This document shows, one piece after another, positions 26,721-38,907 of a DNA stretch of 64,000 bases. This DNA is from Pseudovirgaria hyperparasitica. Its lineage: Eukaryota. Each line of letters opens with the position of its first letter. The first letter of the stretch is position 1. The notes beneath the pieces were generated by a model. The model ran no database searches. It was not told the DNA's origin and was given only the letters and a program-made list of their open reading frames with translations. The position numbers were made by a program, and so were the translations under genes. The stretch is from NCBI GenBank assembly GCA_010093815.1, contig ML996566.1; one strand, written 5' to 3'.

Positions 26721-27700
26721 GTACTATATACTATGGATATTATATTATACCTAGTAGATTAGAATCATGTTATACTATACTAGCTATAATAAATATTACC
26801 TACGTAGATAAGGTAAACCGTAGTCGACGCTATATATTATAGTTATTATATTACATCTACTATATTAGAATCATGTTATACTATACTAGCTATAATAAAT
26901 TATACCTATGGAAATATAATAAACTATAGTAGACGGTGCTAGACATAGATATTACATCATACCTAGCATGTCGAAATCGGATTATACTATGCTAGCTACG
27001 ATAATTCTTACCTACATGAATATAATAAACCGTAGTAGACGCCGTATATTATATATAGCGTATTATACCTAGCATGTTAAAATCACGTCGTATCGTATTA
27101 GCTATGATAAATACTACCGACATAAATAAGATAAATCGTAGTAGACGGTGTATACTATATATATCGCGTCATATCTAGTATATCGCAATCACATCGTGTC
27201 GTATTAGCCACGATAAATCCTACCCACGTAACCACGACAAACCGCAGTAGACGCCATATACCACATCCATCTCATTATACCCAGCACCTCGAAACCACTT
27301 CATGTCGTGCTAGCCACGATAAATACCACCAACGCAATCACAACAAACCGTAGCGGACACTCCATGCTATATCTATCTAGCCATACCCAGCACCTCGAAA
27401 CCACTTCGTGTCGTACCAGCTACGATGAATTTTACCCACGCAACCACGGCAAACCGCAGCGGACAGTCCTACCACACCCATCTAACCATACCCAGCACGC
27501 CGAAACCACTTCATGTCCTGTTGCCCACGACAACTACCACCCACATAACCACCATAAATCACAGTAAACACCATACACAACACACACCTCATCACCCCAA
27601 ACCCCTCAAACCCCCATCACATCACACTGCCTACCCAAACCCCAACCCACACACCCACCCCAAAACCACACAATCACCAACAGCACACCAAAATCAGCAT
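26720..27700. repeat. Degenerate tandem array of ~106-bp units (~9 copies) with RIP-like mutations
   Basis: Homologous anchors at 26761, 26867, 26973, 27079, 27185, 27291, 27397, 27502, ~27607 (AGAATCATG / GAAACCACTTC variants). Confidence 0.9.
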
Positions 27701-27802
27701 CATCGCAATCTGCATTCTCTCCTCTCAAGCTACATAGTCTAAGCCCCATCTCCCACCTCACCTCTCCCACATCCCCCCTGACCCCCCCTCAATCCCAAGG
27801 TC

Positions 27803-30670
27803 TCAAACATCCCTCACCCCCTCCACCTCCACCTCCCTCTCCTCCTCCAGCCCACCCTCCTCCCCACCCCCAACCCCAACATCAGCAGCCACCCGGCCGA
27901 CCATCCTCCGCATCGCCCTCGCGAACCGCGCACTGTCATGCCCCAAGATCCCCCGCCGCCGCGGCTCCCAGCTCTCATACAGGCTCTCGAAGAACCTGCG
28001 GACGGGGAAGCGCGCGGTGCCATAGCTAGCTGGCTGGGCGTTGTTGTCGTCGTCGTTGATCATGTCGGTATTGGCGACATCTACAGCGTCAGCCTCAAGA
28101 TCTTCTTCTGGGTCATCTTCCAATTCTTCTTCTTCTTCGAAACCATCCTCAAAAGCGAGTTCGAATCCAAACTCAGAACCCAAGTCAGGCTCGACACGCA
28201 CGGGCCCACACCCATCATCGTACTCGACATAATCGGGCAGAAAAGGCGTGTAGTGCGAGTGATGCGTCGGCACGAGAACAGGTCGCGCAAGCGCAGACGG
28301 GCAGGAACAAGAGCGATGGGGAAAAGGGACAAGGGGAGGGGAAGGAAAACAGGGAGTGCGATACTCACTCGCTGAGGCAGAGCTTGGTCTGCCGGTTTCG
28401 TTGTTGCCGTCTTCGCCTTCGTAGCCTGTGCCGTAGCCAGTGCCGTAGCCAGTGCCGTAGCCGGAACCATACCCAGTATCATAAGTAGCATCGTACCCAG
28501 CACCATACCCCCCCTCACCCGCAAGCACAGTATTCATCACAAACGACGGCGTAGGCGGCGCAACAGCCCGATACGGCATCCCCGTGCGCGCATCCAACGG
28601 CACATACAAGCGCATATTGCCCAGCATCGCAAGCTGGAAATTGCCGAGCGCGTCCTCGCGCGCACGCAGCGCCTGTCCCTCTGGCGAATCCGGGTCTGCG
28701 GCAGCGACAGCCTCAGCATCCCGATCGCGAAGAGCATGCACGTCGAGATCAGCAACACCATCAATACCTTCAACATCCGAAGCAGCACCGACAACAGGCG
28801 TGTTCTGCGGCCCAAGCGAATCGTAGAATGCCCAGAGCCCTTGCTCGCGGCGGTGCAGGGCGGCCTTGACAGTCGGCGTGTTGCCCGTGTCCCGACCGCA
28901 TGGCGAAAGCGTGATGCGGCCCGTGTACTGCCGGCGACAAGCAGGCGGACAGGCCCCAGGGGCAATCCGCCAGCGCTCATCCTCGCGGCCGCTATTATCA
29001 CGGACAGGCTTGACAAAAGGCAGATTAAAGGGCCGGGTAGCAGCCTGGTCGAGGAAGCGCCAGTCAGCCTGGATATGGGTCGTCTGGTTCCTATACATGA
29101 GGCCATGGAAGCCGGTGTCGATGTCGCGGACGACGAGGTCGAGCGCGATGTTGGCGTCGAGCAGTTCGCGCGCGAGCCAGTCGAGGCTGTCTGCGTTGGC
29201 GCGGGTGGCGACGCCGAGGGTGAGGCGGGCGCAGGGCAGGATCTTGCCGATGCAGACTTTTGGGCCGTAGCAGGCGCGGACGAGGAGGGTGAGGGCGTAC
29301 TGTACGCGGAAGGCGTTTTCGTGCTTGGTGTCGGTGAAGTCGATGGCGTAGGGGTCGTGTTTGTCGATGGGGTCGGGGACGAAGGGGTCGGTGCGTGGGA
29401 GCCAGAAGGTGAGGTGGCGGAGGTTGCAGAGCTTCATTTTCTCGTCGCAGGGACGGGCGGGAGTGTTGCTGCTGCTGCTGTTGCTGCTGTCCGAACCAAC
29501 GCGCGGCGGGATGGAGAGGGCGTCGAGGAAGCGGAGCATGTCGTGGTCGGCCCAGCCAAACTGGAAGGTGTTGAGGCGGTAGAACTGCGTGATGGCGTCG
29601 TAGCGAATCTCCCTGTTGACCTTCTGGAGACGGAGAAGCGCGGCAATGGGCGCGTACTCCTTGATGGGCCTGTCCTGGGAGCCCTCGCCGCCGTACATCG
29701 CGCTGCGGTTGGTCTCGTGAAACTCGCGGCTGCGGGCAGTCATGACTTCGTCGAAGAACTGGTAGGTTGACCGGTATTTCGGATCGGGGTCGGCGGACAT
29801 GGCGTTGACGATCTCGATATCGGAGCGGGGAAGGGACCTGGGGTGAATAGGGCGCTTGCCTGTCAATGGGATGCCCAGGATACGCAGCCAGACCTCAGCA
29901 GGAAGACGGGAGCGAAGAGTCGAGAGATCGACGGAGGGCTTCTCGATAAGCACAGGGTTCACGGCACGGGGTTCAGGAACCTCGTTCAGAGGACGTGGCT
30001 TCGGGAACAAGACATCGAATTCGCGGCCGTTGGAGTGCTGCAGCGTGAGCGTGTCGTAGTTGGCCAGAGGGTCTTCTTCTTCCTCGTCAGCCTCAGGCTC
30101 ACCTCTCCACCTGCGGAGGATCTCGAGACGGCGACGCTCATGTTGGCGCCAGCTTTCAGTTGACTCAATGGAGTCGGCAGACGAGACAGATGCGGCGTCG
30201 TCATTGTCGTTGACAGTCTCTGCAAAGCTACCTTGAGGACCTGCAACAGCGGTGTTAGTGGTCACGATCACATGAGTGCCGTTGAGGTCCTTACCGGTGC
30301 TAAGCTCAGGCTCAGACGCGATGATGGTTGAGAAGCTGCCTGGCTGACCTGGAAACGAGTTAGAGGTCAGACTCGACTTGAAAAACTCAACCCAGAAGCT
30401 CACCGTTTTCGGTCTCGTTGACGTTCAGAAGGTTGACAGCATCGACAAGACCATCATCTTCAGCTGTGCTCCATGTTAGCCTTCACAGTAATTGCCATGG
30501 CAGGTCAAACACTCACCGTTGGTGTTCTCGTTCACAGTCTCGGAGTCAACGTCAGCTTCAACTTCAGCGTCAGTGACCGCATTGTTGCACAAAACCGCGT
30601 CAACACCAGCGTCAAACAAAGGACCGACAGTGTCAAGCTTGTCAAGCGGTGCGTGTTCGTTGGAAGTCAT
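27803..30670 (-). CDS. Large hypothetical protein with F-box-like motif and acidic/low-complexity tail
   Basis: ATG 30670; introns 30516-30464 and 30403-30349; LRSRLPAEVWLRIL and LLRLQKVNREIRYDAITQFYRLNTFQF resemble fungal F-box-like orphan families; GYGT repeats near 28421-28470. Confidence 0.75.
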
Positions 30671-31389
30671 GTTGTCAGACACGATCGGCGTTACAGAGAC
30701 GAAAACACAGGTCCAAGTAAGTAAGAAAGGTGGTGAAGGAAGGAAGTAAGAGACAGTCCAGGATATTGTGGGCGAGGAAATAAGGTGTGGGCACTGTGCG
30801 GTGTGCGAGCTCGTCGCTGTGCCAGCGGAACGCGTAGGTGAATCACTTTAGCATATTCAACGGGACACGACGTCATATCGAGCAAGTAAACAAGGCGTCA
30901 CGCACGACGAGAAGGTAAACAAGACGGGCGTGACAGAGGGTCGCGTGGCGCGGGGGAAATGAGACGTCAAAGTGAATCAAACACACAAGAAAAGAAGGGT
31001 GAAGTGGGTCAAGGAGTGTCAAGTGAACAAGGGAAAACTTGGACTTGAAAACCGATTGCGAGAACAGCTTGTGCGTAATTTCGTACTGTAGATATTCCCA
31101 TGTCCTTTCCGTCCGTCTAGAGTGGAGATGCTAATGCTATGGGTATGATACAATAAAATGGCGAAACAAAACTTTGACTTTACCTGACGGCCGTTGCTGT
31201 GCTATGCGTACACCAGATGCAAACAATGCACTTTAGCCGCCCTCGACTCCTTTTTCAAGACCCAGAAACACCAGCGCTTGGCATTTGTACAGGGGTTTGC
31301 CCATCCCACTATGACAATGACAAGCAGGACAGAACACCAAACGCCGTGCAATAACAAACGTAATATGTACGATGAAGTGAAGGTTGATT

Positions 31390-34300
31390 TTAGGTAGAGG
31401 CCTCCGTCATGGACCCAGCGGGCCGGCCGCCACCAACGAGCTCCATGATCTTTCCTGCAACAGCAGCGGGATAGCCGCGGGACAGACCCTCGTTGACGAT
31501 GGAGACAGCATTGGTACGGTCCTCGACGGCCATATATGCACGCGTCATGGCCTCGTAGGTGCTAGGCTCACGTTTGTCAGCGGGCACCATGTCGTAGATT
31601 GCCTTTGCCTTCTCAATGTCCTTGGCCATAGCCCAGCCATGGATGAGAGAGTTGGCAATGTATGGAGTCATCTCCACGCGGTGAGAGATCATACCACGGA
31701 GGATGGCGTCAGTCTCGGCGATCTTGTGGTTGGCGGCCATGGACTCGAACAATGCTTGATAAAGACATGCTTGAGGGCGGATGTCGGTCTCGTTGAGCAC
31801 CTCGTCGAAGAGCTTCCTTGCGCCCTCCATGTCATGCTGGACGCAGCCTTTTGCGTGGATCAGAGAAGAGTAATGTACAGCCTCTGGGGCAACACCAGAG
31901 CTGCGAATGTCGCGGAGAACGGCTTCGGCAGCGTCCATGTTGACAGGCTCGAGAGTCGCATAAGTGTCGATGAGGAGCTTGTATGTGTGTGTGGTTGGCT
32001 CAATGTGCTTGGCACGCATGCGCTCGTAGTAAGCCAACACCTTGCTGCGATCACGCTTGGTTGTCAGGAAGAATTGCATCATACTGTGGTAGGGTGCCGG
32101 GCGGGGCTTGTAGTTGGGCATGCTTTCCATCTCCTCAAAGAGTTCTTCCGCAAACTTCTCATCGCTGACGCGGCAGAGAGCATTGACGATCGTCCCGTAG
32201 GTGACACTGGTAGGACGAATACCAAGATTGCGCATCTCGGCAAAGTAGAACAAGCAGTCGTCGATACGTCGCGCCTTGCCGAGCTTGCCAATCAAGGCAT
32301 TGTATAGGAACGAGGACGGCTCAACACCCTCGGACTTTGCACGCAGAAAAATCTTGACAGCCTCGGTGGCCTCGTCAAACGTCTTTGTGGATTCCTTGAG
32401 GGTGGTGATGTATAGGCCAAAAGTGTTTGCAGAAGGGGCGGCGCCGAGGTCGAGAAGGTCTTGATGGTATTTTGCAGCTAGTTGGCGTTGGCCGGTCGTG
32501 AGGGAGGCAGCGACCATTGCATCTAGGATGGTGACCCATCCGTAGCGGACGATGCGGTACTGGGGCAGTAGTGGGACATCTTGTTTGGCGAGAGCGAGAA
32601 TGTCTTGGCAAAGGTTGAACCGATTCTCCTTGGCAGCGGCAGTGATCAACTTTGCGTAGGTGAAGAATCGTGGATGCCTGCCAGCTCGTCGGATGTTCTT
32701 GAACTTGGAGAGAGCCTCGTTGAGATGGGAGGAATACTCTCCGTACGTCTTCTCAAGAAGGTCCGTGATGGCGACAGAGCCCTTGTTGTCGGTAGTGGCG
32801 GCATAAGGGTCATGATTGTCTTCATACGGGGCGACAGGTACGGGAGCTGGCGGGGCTTGACCCATGATTGGGTAAGGTGCGGGACTGTAAGCAGGGACAG
32901 CGACAGGGTATCTGTATGTCTGCCATCGCTGAGAGATGTCAGGGCGATCAAGCTTCATCAGGGCTTTCTCTACCACGGTAGTGGTCGCGTTGTCGCAAGG
33001 CAGTCCAGTCATCATGACTACCTCGAGGAGATGAGCAAGGCGAGCAGAGTTCGCAATGTCCATGGTCGAAGAGTTCAGAAGCATACCGGCCTGCACCTGT
33101 ACAAGGAGGGAGAGATCGTCCCAGCCAAGTTGAGCGACGCCCTCAGGTCCAAGACCAGCGAGCAGGTGGCCGGCAACGGGAGCGACAAGGCCTCCGTTTT
33201 CAATCATGGACCACATGAGCTCCATACTGGCCTTCGCAGGAAGTACGATGCCACGCTTGATCATGAAGTGGCCCAAGACCTCAATGGCTTCGTCAATCTG
33301 CTCGACGACGTCAATCTTGGACTGGCTTGTCGAAGACTGCGAGTCTCGAATGCGGGCCATCATCTGCCTGGCCTGGCGCAGACCGCGTTCGGCCTGGCCA
33401 CTACCGATCAATGCAATCGCATGCATGGCAGTCGCCTCGATAAACTGTGGCTTGGTGCTGGCGACCTCAAGGACCTTCCAAAATCTGTCCGATTGTTCGA
33501 CGTTGCCAGCCCGGATGTTCATTGCACCCATAGCCATAGCGGGACCGCTGAGATCCACATCCTCCGGAAGGGCATCAAAGGCCTTGTTTGCAGCGTCGAT
33601 GTTGTCCACATCCGCAGCACGAATACAAATTGCAGCGAATGCCGTGACACGAGCCTGTGGGCTGAGGTATTGAGTGGACCAGGTCATGGCATGCTCGAAT
33701 GAGCCAACCTTGAGCCATTGTGGGACAAGCGCCTTCAAGCCGACTACATCGCGTAGGCGCACAAGTTGCTCATCCTGAACGAGACTGGCTTCAATCTTGT
33801 CCATGAATTCGGAGGCACCTTCGAGCCTGTCGCAGATGCTGTACGCCTTGATGAGAGACGCGTATACTTCGTTGTCTTTTCGGGAGATGGAGATCTTCCC
33901 GCTGTCATGTGATATGGCGAGGTTCTTGTACTCGTCGTAACACTCTACAGCACTGCGAAGATCGCCGGACTTGCCAAACGCCTGGATCATGGACACAAAC
34001 ATGTCAGGACTGGGCAAGACATTGTGGTTCTCCATATGTGCGAAGACGCGAACCATGTGTTCCATGTGGCCGGCTTCGGCGCAGGCAATGACCAACATGC
34101 GGTAAGTTCGCTCCGAGAATGCAAGTTTTGCCTTGGACGACGTTGCAGCATCGAAAACCTTGACAGCCATACCGACAGAGTCGTCTTCGCGAAGGATCTC
34201 GAAATCAGCCTCGTTTGATTCAAACATGAATTTTCCCGGCTCATCCATTCCGCCGTAGCGGGCGCGCTTCTCCTCGAGCGCTTGCTTGCCAGCAACCACA

Positions 34301-35211
34301 TCGAGCGACCGGACGGAAAGCACTTCAATCAAGGTGGCGTATGTAGACGAGTCTGGGGTAACGCGACGACGGAGCATGTCCGAGTAGACATCGAGGGCCT
34401 TGGGCACAACCTGATGCTTGGCCCTTGGGGTGTTGATGGTAGCGGTGAGGAGGATGTTGTAGGCCGAGGACGGTGGTTTGATGCCAGCCTTCAGCATGGC
34501 CTCAAACACGACGGAAATCTCTGCATACTGCTTGTTCTCGGCGAGTTGCACCAGGTGTTGGACGAATTGTTCGGCCTCGGATGAAGTGGAAGAGGGGGCA
34601 GTAGAGATTGATGCGGGAGATGCCGAGCGATCCGACGTGCTTTCTTGAACACTTCCAGGGGACTTGGGAGACGCGACAGAGATGGAATCGTCCTTCGATC
34701 TGGCCACCTCTTCCGCAATTGCTTCATCAACCCGAGCGAGAGCGGCAGCCTCTGCGCCATCATCACCAACCACCTTCCTGAAGTCATCGACAGCACTTGT
34801 ACTGTACGCACGATTTACACCGCTTCTGACAGCAACATCTTCGGGATCGATATCGTCGACATCTTCAACAGCAGTGGCCTTGGCCTTGGACGAGGGCGGT
34901 TCTGGCTTCCATTCTATCCTCTTTGTGAATTGAAACTGCGACCACTCTTTGTCATTGTGCTTCTGCCACGCGGCATAGTATGCGGCTAGACCAGAGTCGT
35001 TGTGATCATGGTGCGAGACCTTGACGCCGTGCTGATTGGTGGCAGGGTAGTTCTGGGCAGGACCAGACTTGAATCTGCTGGCAAAGTTGCCAAAGGAGTG
35101 GTTCTGGGAAGCGTATGAGGACTGCGAGGCCGCGACGACGGATTGAGCGTAACCGTGGGTGAAGGTCTTTGCGAGACTCTGGCGTGCTAGATGGAGTGTC
35201 TTAAACACCAT
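31390..35211 (-). CDS. Mitochondrial pentatricopeptide repeat protein (Ppr5-like)
   Basis: 1273-aa ORF; PPR motifs LYNALIGKLGKARRIDDCLFYFAEMRNLGIRPTSVTYGTIVNALCR, YNILL, TYATLI; N-terminus resembles a mitochondrial presequence; probable 5'-UTR intron 35305-35251. Confidence 0.9.
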   Translation of the reverse strand: MVFKTLHLARQSLAKTFTHGYAQSVVAASQSSYASQNHSFGNFASRFKSGPAQNYPATNQHGVKVSHHDHNDSGLAAYYAAWQKHNDKEWSQFQFTKRIEWKPEPPSSKAKATAVEDVDDIDPEDVAVRSGVNRAYSTSAVDDFRKVVGDDGAEAAALARVDEAIAEEVARSKDDSISVASPKSPGSVQESTSDRSASPASISTAPSSTSSEAEQFVQHLVQLAENKQYAEISVVFEAMLKAGIKPPSSAYNILLTATINTPRAKHQVVPKALDVYSDMLRRRVTPDSSTYATLIEVLSVRSLDVVAGKQALEEKRARYGGMDEPGKFMFESNEADFEILREDDSVGMAVKVFDAATSSKAKLAFSERTYRMLVIACAEAGHMEHMVRVFAHMENHNVLPSPDMFVSMIQAFGKSGDLRSAVECYDEYKNLAISHDSGKISISRKDNEVYASLIKAYSICDRLEGASEFMDKIEASLVQDEQLVRLRDVVGLKALVPQWLKVGSFEHAMTWSTQYLSPQARVTAFAAICIRAADVDNIDAANKAFDALPEDVDLSGPAMAMGAMNIRAGNVEQSDRFWKVLEVASTKPQFIEATAMHAIALIGSGQAERGLRQARQMMARIRDSQSSTSQSKIDVVEQIDEAIEVLGHFMIKRGIVLPAKASMELMWSMIENGGLVAPVAGHLLAGLGPEGVAQLGWDDLSLLVQVQAGMLLNSSTMDIANSARLAHLLEVVMMTGLPCDNATTTVVEKALMKLDRPDISQRWQTYRYPVAVPAYSPAPYPIMGQAPPAPVPVAPYEDNHDPYAATTDNKGSVAITDLLEKTYGEYSSHLNEALSKFKNIRRAGRHPRFFTYAKLITAAAKENRFNLCQDILALAKQDVPLLPQYRIVRYGWVTILDAMVAASLTTGQRQLAAKYHQDLLDLGAAPSANTFGLYITTLKESTKTFDEATEAVKIFLRAKSEGVEPSSFLYNALIGKLGKARRIDDCLFYFAEMRNLGIRPTSVTYGTIVNALCRVSDEKFAEELFEEMESMPNYKPRPAPYHSMMQFFLTTKRDRSKVLAYYERMRAKHIEPTTHTYKLLIDTYATLEPVNMDAAEAVLRDIRSSGVAPEAVHYSSLIHAKGCVQHDMEGARKLFDEVLNETDIRPQACLYQALFESMAANHKIAETDAILRGMISHRVEMTPYIANSLIHGWAMAKDIEKAKAIYDMVPADKREPSTYEAMTRAYMAVEDRTNAVSIVNEGLSRGYPAAVAGKIMELVGGGRPAGSMTEAST

Positions 35212-36342
35212 TTAGTAGACGGGGGAGCCCTTCAAGATGGAAGGGTGAGACTGTGGCGACGGGTTGTTAGCATTGGCGCGCAGATGGGAAAAACCATGTA
35301 CGTACTGATATTCTCGAGTCAAGGAGCTTGTGCAGGTTCATCAGACGACGCGATGCCGTCAAATGAACGCGCTTTGGGGTATATTGGACTCGGAGTTGGG
35401 ATGGTTGAAAAGTTTTGGATGCGAAATCTCACACAGAGGGATTCGCGACGGAGGGAGATGAAGGATAGTGGCAAGTGATGGATGATGGCTAAGGAACGAA
35501 GGCAGAGAGGCAAAAGCTGAGGATACCAGCCTGAATGTAAGACGTAATGCAGGAAGAGGAGAGAGGGATAGAAGGGGGAGTGAACAGTAGTATAGAATGA
35601 AGTGGTCACCAACCCAGCAGAACTCCTGTACTAGGGAGTTAGTTGACGTTTTAGTGCGGGTAATACTGCCTGGGAAGGCTGACAGAGACGCGCTAAACCA
35701 GAAGAGGAATAGACTGCACTCGGGCTCCGAAAACGTCCTTGAGTCCCCGACACGGGCGAATACAATTAGAGCGCGCCTGCTTGTTTTGTGAAGTTTGTGG
35801 TGCCGTTTGGTGACTCACACACGAGTATTTGTCGGAATCATTGTTGTTGTTGTCGTCGTCGTCGTCGTTGCCTCAGGCTCACACTGCTTTTTCTCCGGAC
35901 CAGCCAATCACGCCGGACGCGCGGAACAACTCCCATCTCCGCGCCCGCCGCACTCCACTCAGCCAGCCCTGTCCGTACAGGAGGAATCAATTATTAGTTG
36001 CTTGTTACGAAGGCTTACAGTGCAGTGCAGTGCGCAGCCATCCATCAGAGCTGAGAGGCGCTGGACCTGGACCTGGAATCCCACAGACTCGGAGACGCAT
36101 TGATCGTCCGTTAACGCCGTCGTCGCGGAACCTTGGCCCCCCGTTTTTCCCCACTCCACTGCAAAACGTCGTCGTTTCTATCAGCTCAGCTTCTCAGCCC
36201 GCCCTGAACACTGAACACACGAGCCCCTCTCAGACGGAGTTGACGGATCGTCCGGAAGAGAAAGAAACGGCTGCTGCCTGGCATCACGCGCCTGAATCCT
36301 GCCGGCCGGACGTTGTAGGACCACCAACCAACAACACGATAC

Positions 36343-38062
36343 ATGGCTCTCCCGCTCAAGGCTGTGTCTGCCCCCGGCAAGGTCTTGCTGGCAGGTGGCT
36401 ATCTGGTCCTGGATCGTGACTACACCGGCCTTGTCTTTGGCCTGGACGCCCGGATCCATGTTGTCATCCAGCCTCTGCCCACGCCGTCTGGCGTTTCTCT
36501 GCAGGAGATTATCGTCAAATCGCCGCAGTTCAAGGACGCCGTCTGGCAGTATGGCTACCGACAGGCAGCAGACGATGCCGGGGTCGAGGTGACGCAGCTG
36601 GACCCGTAAGTGGATTCCTGGTGTATTCTTCGAGACTCAATTGTGTTTCCTTTTTTTATTTTAATGTTATCTCATTGTTTACATTGCTCGTCTGAGACAC
36701 TCACTCCACCTCTGATCCCCCTTCCCTGATTGGCCAGCCAATAACTACAATATCAAAAAACCACAACACTCACTCACCACCCCCAGATCCCGCACCGGCA
36801 CCCTCAACCGCAACCCCTTTGTCGAAACCACCCTCGCCTACGCCCTCTCCTACATCACCGCCCTCACCCACGCCCCCATCCCCGCCTCCACCATCACCAT
36901 CCTCGCCGACACAGCCTACTACTCCAACACCCCCTCGCCCTCGCCCAACAACCCATCCTCCCAATTCGCAAACTTCGCCGTCCCGCTCCACTCCGCACAC
37001 AAGACCGGCCTCGGCTCCTCCGCCGCCCTCGTCACCTCCCTAACCGCCGCCCTCCTCGCCCACTACCTCCCGCCCACCTCCTTCTCCCTCTCCCCCTCCC
37101 CCTCCACCAACACCGACAGCAACACCACCACCAACACAACCAACAAAAGCAAAACCCACCTCCACAACCTCGCCCAAGCCGCCCACTGCGCCGCTCAAGG
37201 CAAAATCGGCTCCGGCTTCGACATCGCCTCCGCCGTCCACGGCTCCGCCCTCTACCGCCGCTTCTCCCCGTCCATCCTCGCCCAAACAACCTCTTCCACC
37301 CCCGGCTCCACCCCCGGCTTCGCACTCACCCTCACATCCCTCGTCCAGGACACAGCAGCACCCCCAAAATGGGACACCCAAATCACCAAATCCGCCATCT
37401 CCATCCCTGCCGGGCTCCGCCTCCTCATGGCGGATGTAGACTGCGGATCCCAGACGCCCGGGATGGTCAGGCAAGTCCTCGCGTGGCGCGCTGCGAATCC
37501 CGGTGCCGCAAATGAGATATACAACGCGCTGCAAGCCGCCAACGAAGCCCTCGCCGCCGAACTCGTCTCTCTCTCCTCCTCCCCCCAAAACCAATCCCAA
37601 TCCCAACGGCAGGACTACACCCCCCTCGCATCCCACCTCGCCACAATCCGCACCCATCTCCGCGCCCTCACCGCCGCCGCAAACGTGCCCATCGAGCCAG
37701 TCGAGCAAACACGCCTTCTAGACACGATTTGTGCGGTTGAGGGCGTGGTCGGTGGGGTTGTGCCGGGTGCGGGCGGGTATGATGCTGTTGCTGTGTTGGT
37801 GGAGGATCGGGAGGATGTTGTTGGGCGGTTGGGTGCGGTTTTGGGGGGGTATGCTGCGGGGGATGCTGGGGGGGATGAGGGGGATGGGGAGGGGGGGGAT
37901 GGGAAGGAGGGGGACAAGGAGGGAGAGGAGAGGGATGGGAAGGAAGGAGAGGGGGAGAAAGGGGTGAAGATTGGGAGGGTGGGGATATTGCCTGTGAGAG
38001 AGGAGATGGAGGGGGTTAGGGAGGAGGGGGTGGGGAGGTATGAGGGGTGGGTTGTGGTTTAG
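36343..38062 (+). CDS. ERG8: Phosphomevalonate kinase
   Basis: AVSAPGKVLLAGGYLVLD; intron 36606-36786; NPFVET, KTGLGSSAA, AHCAAQGKIGSGFD, VPIEP, VPGAGGYDA GHMP motifs. Confidence 0.96.
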
Positions 38063-38907
38063 GTGTGTTTGTGTGTGTGTTGATGTGTGTTGGTGGGGCT
38101 GCGGAAGGATGGAGGATTGGAACGGAACGGAGGGTGAAAATTCAACATTTACGTGTGCATATACATACATACATGCAGTCAGTGTGCTTCAAGGTTACGC
38201 CTAGAACCACGTCACCTCAAGTCACATCACATAACATCGTCACAACTCACTCGACTCACTTCTCACTCGAACTCACTACTCACTCGACTCACATCCTTAT
38301 TCACATACTCAAACAAGAGACAAAAAGCCACAAAAAAGAAGAAGAAGAACCCAATAATGTGTTTGTGTGTTTGTGTACGTGTGTGTGTAAACATCTATAT
38401 CGTCACTGTCGTTACCCTTTACCCTTTACCCAACCTTTACCGTCATCTCATGTTTCCTGTTTCATGTCCATGTTCAATGTTCATGTTCAATGTAGTAAGA
38501 AACCAAAAAAAAAGAAGAACTCCGGCTACGCTTTGCTTTCCTTTCTCTGCTTGCTTGCTCGCTCGCATGCTTGCTTTGACGTTAGCCATGCCATGCCATG
38601 CCATGCCATGCCTTGCCATACCATCATCCATCGAGCTTAAGCGTAATCCACATGCTCGCCTTTGTTTGTGTACGTTTATGTCTGTATGTGTGTGTGTGGG
38701 CCCATTACATGCGACAGCCTCACGGGAGTAGAACGAAAAGAACCAGATAATCTTCTTAATGCATCCAGAGAGTAGTACACGTCAGCCCATCATTCCACGT
38801 CTCCCAAGCCAGTCCCTCTCCCACCCTTACCCGAAAAGAAAAAATAAACTCCGGCCGTCAGAGAAAAAGAGAGAAGAAAAAAACAGTGACCAAATCAAGC
38901 AGTCAAA

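Noticed and set aside
26720..27700. CRISPR-like or coding interpretation of the 106-bp array
   Set aside because: Whole units are homologous (no unique spacers), the context is eukaryotic, and the period is not a multiple of 3.
28736..29770. Long antisense ORFs (344 aa here; also 32581-33702, 39124-40104, 43396-44370, 52605-53549)
   Set aside because: Shadow frames of GC3-biased genes on the opposite strand, with no recognisable motifs.
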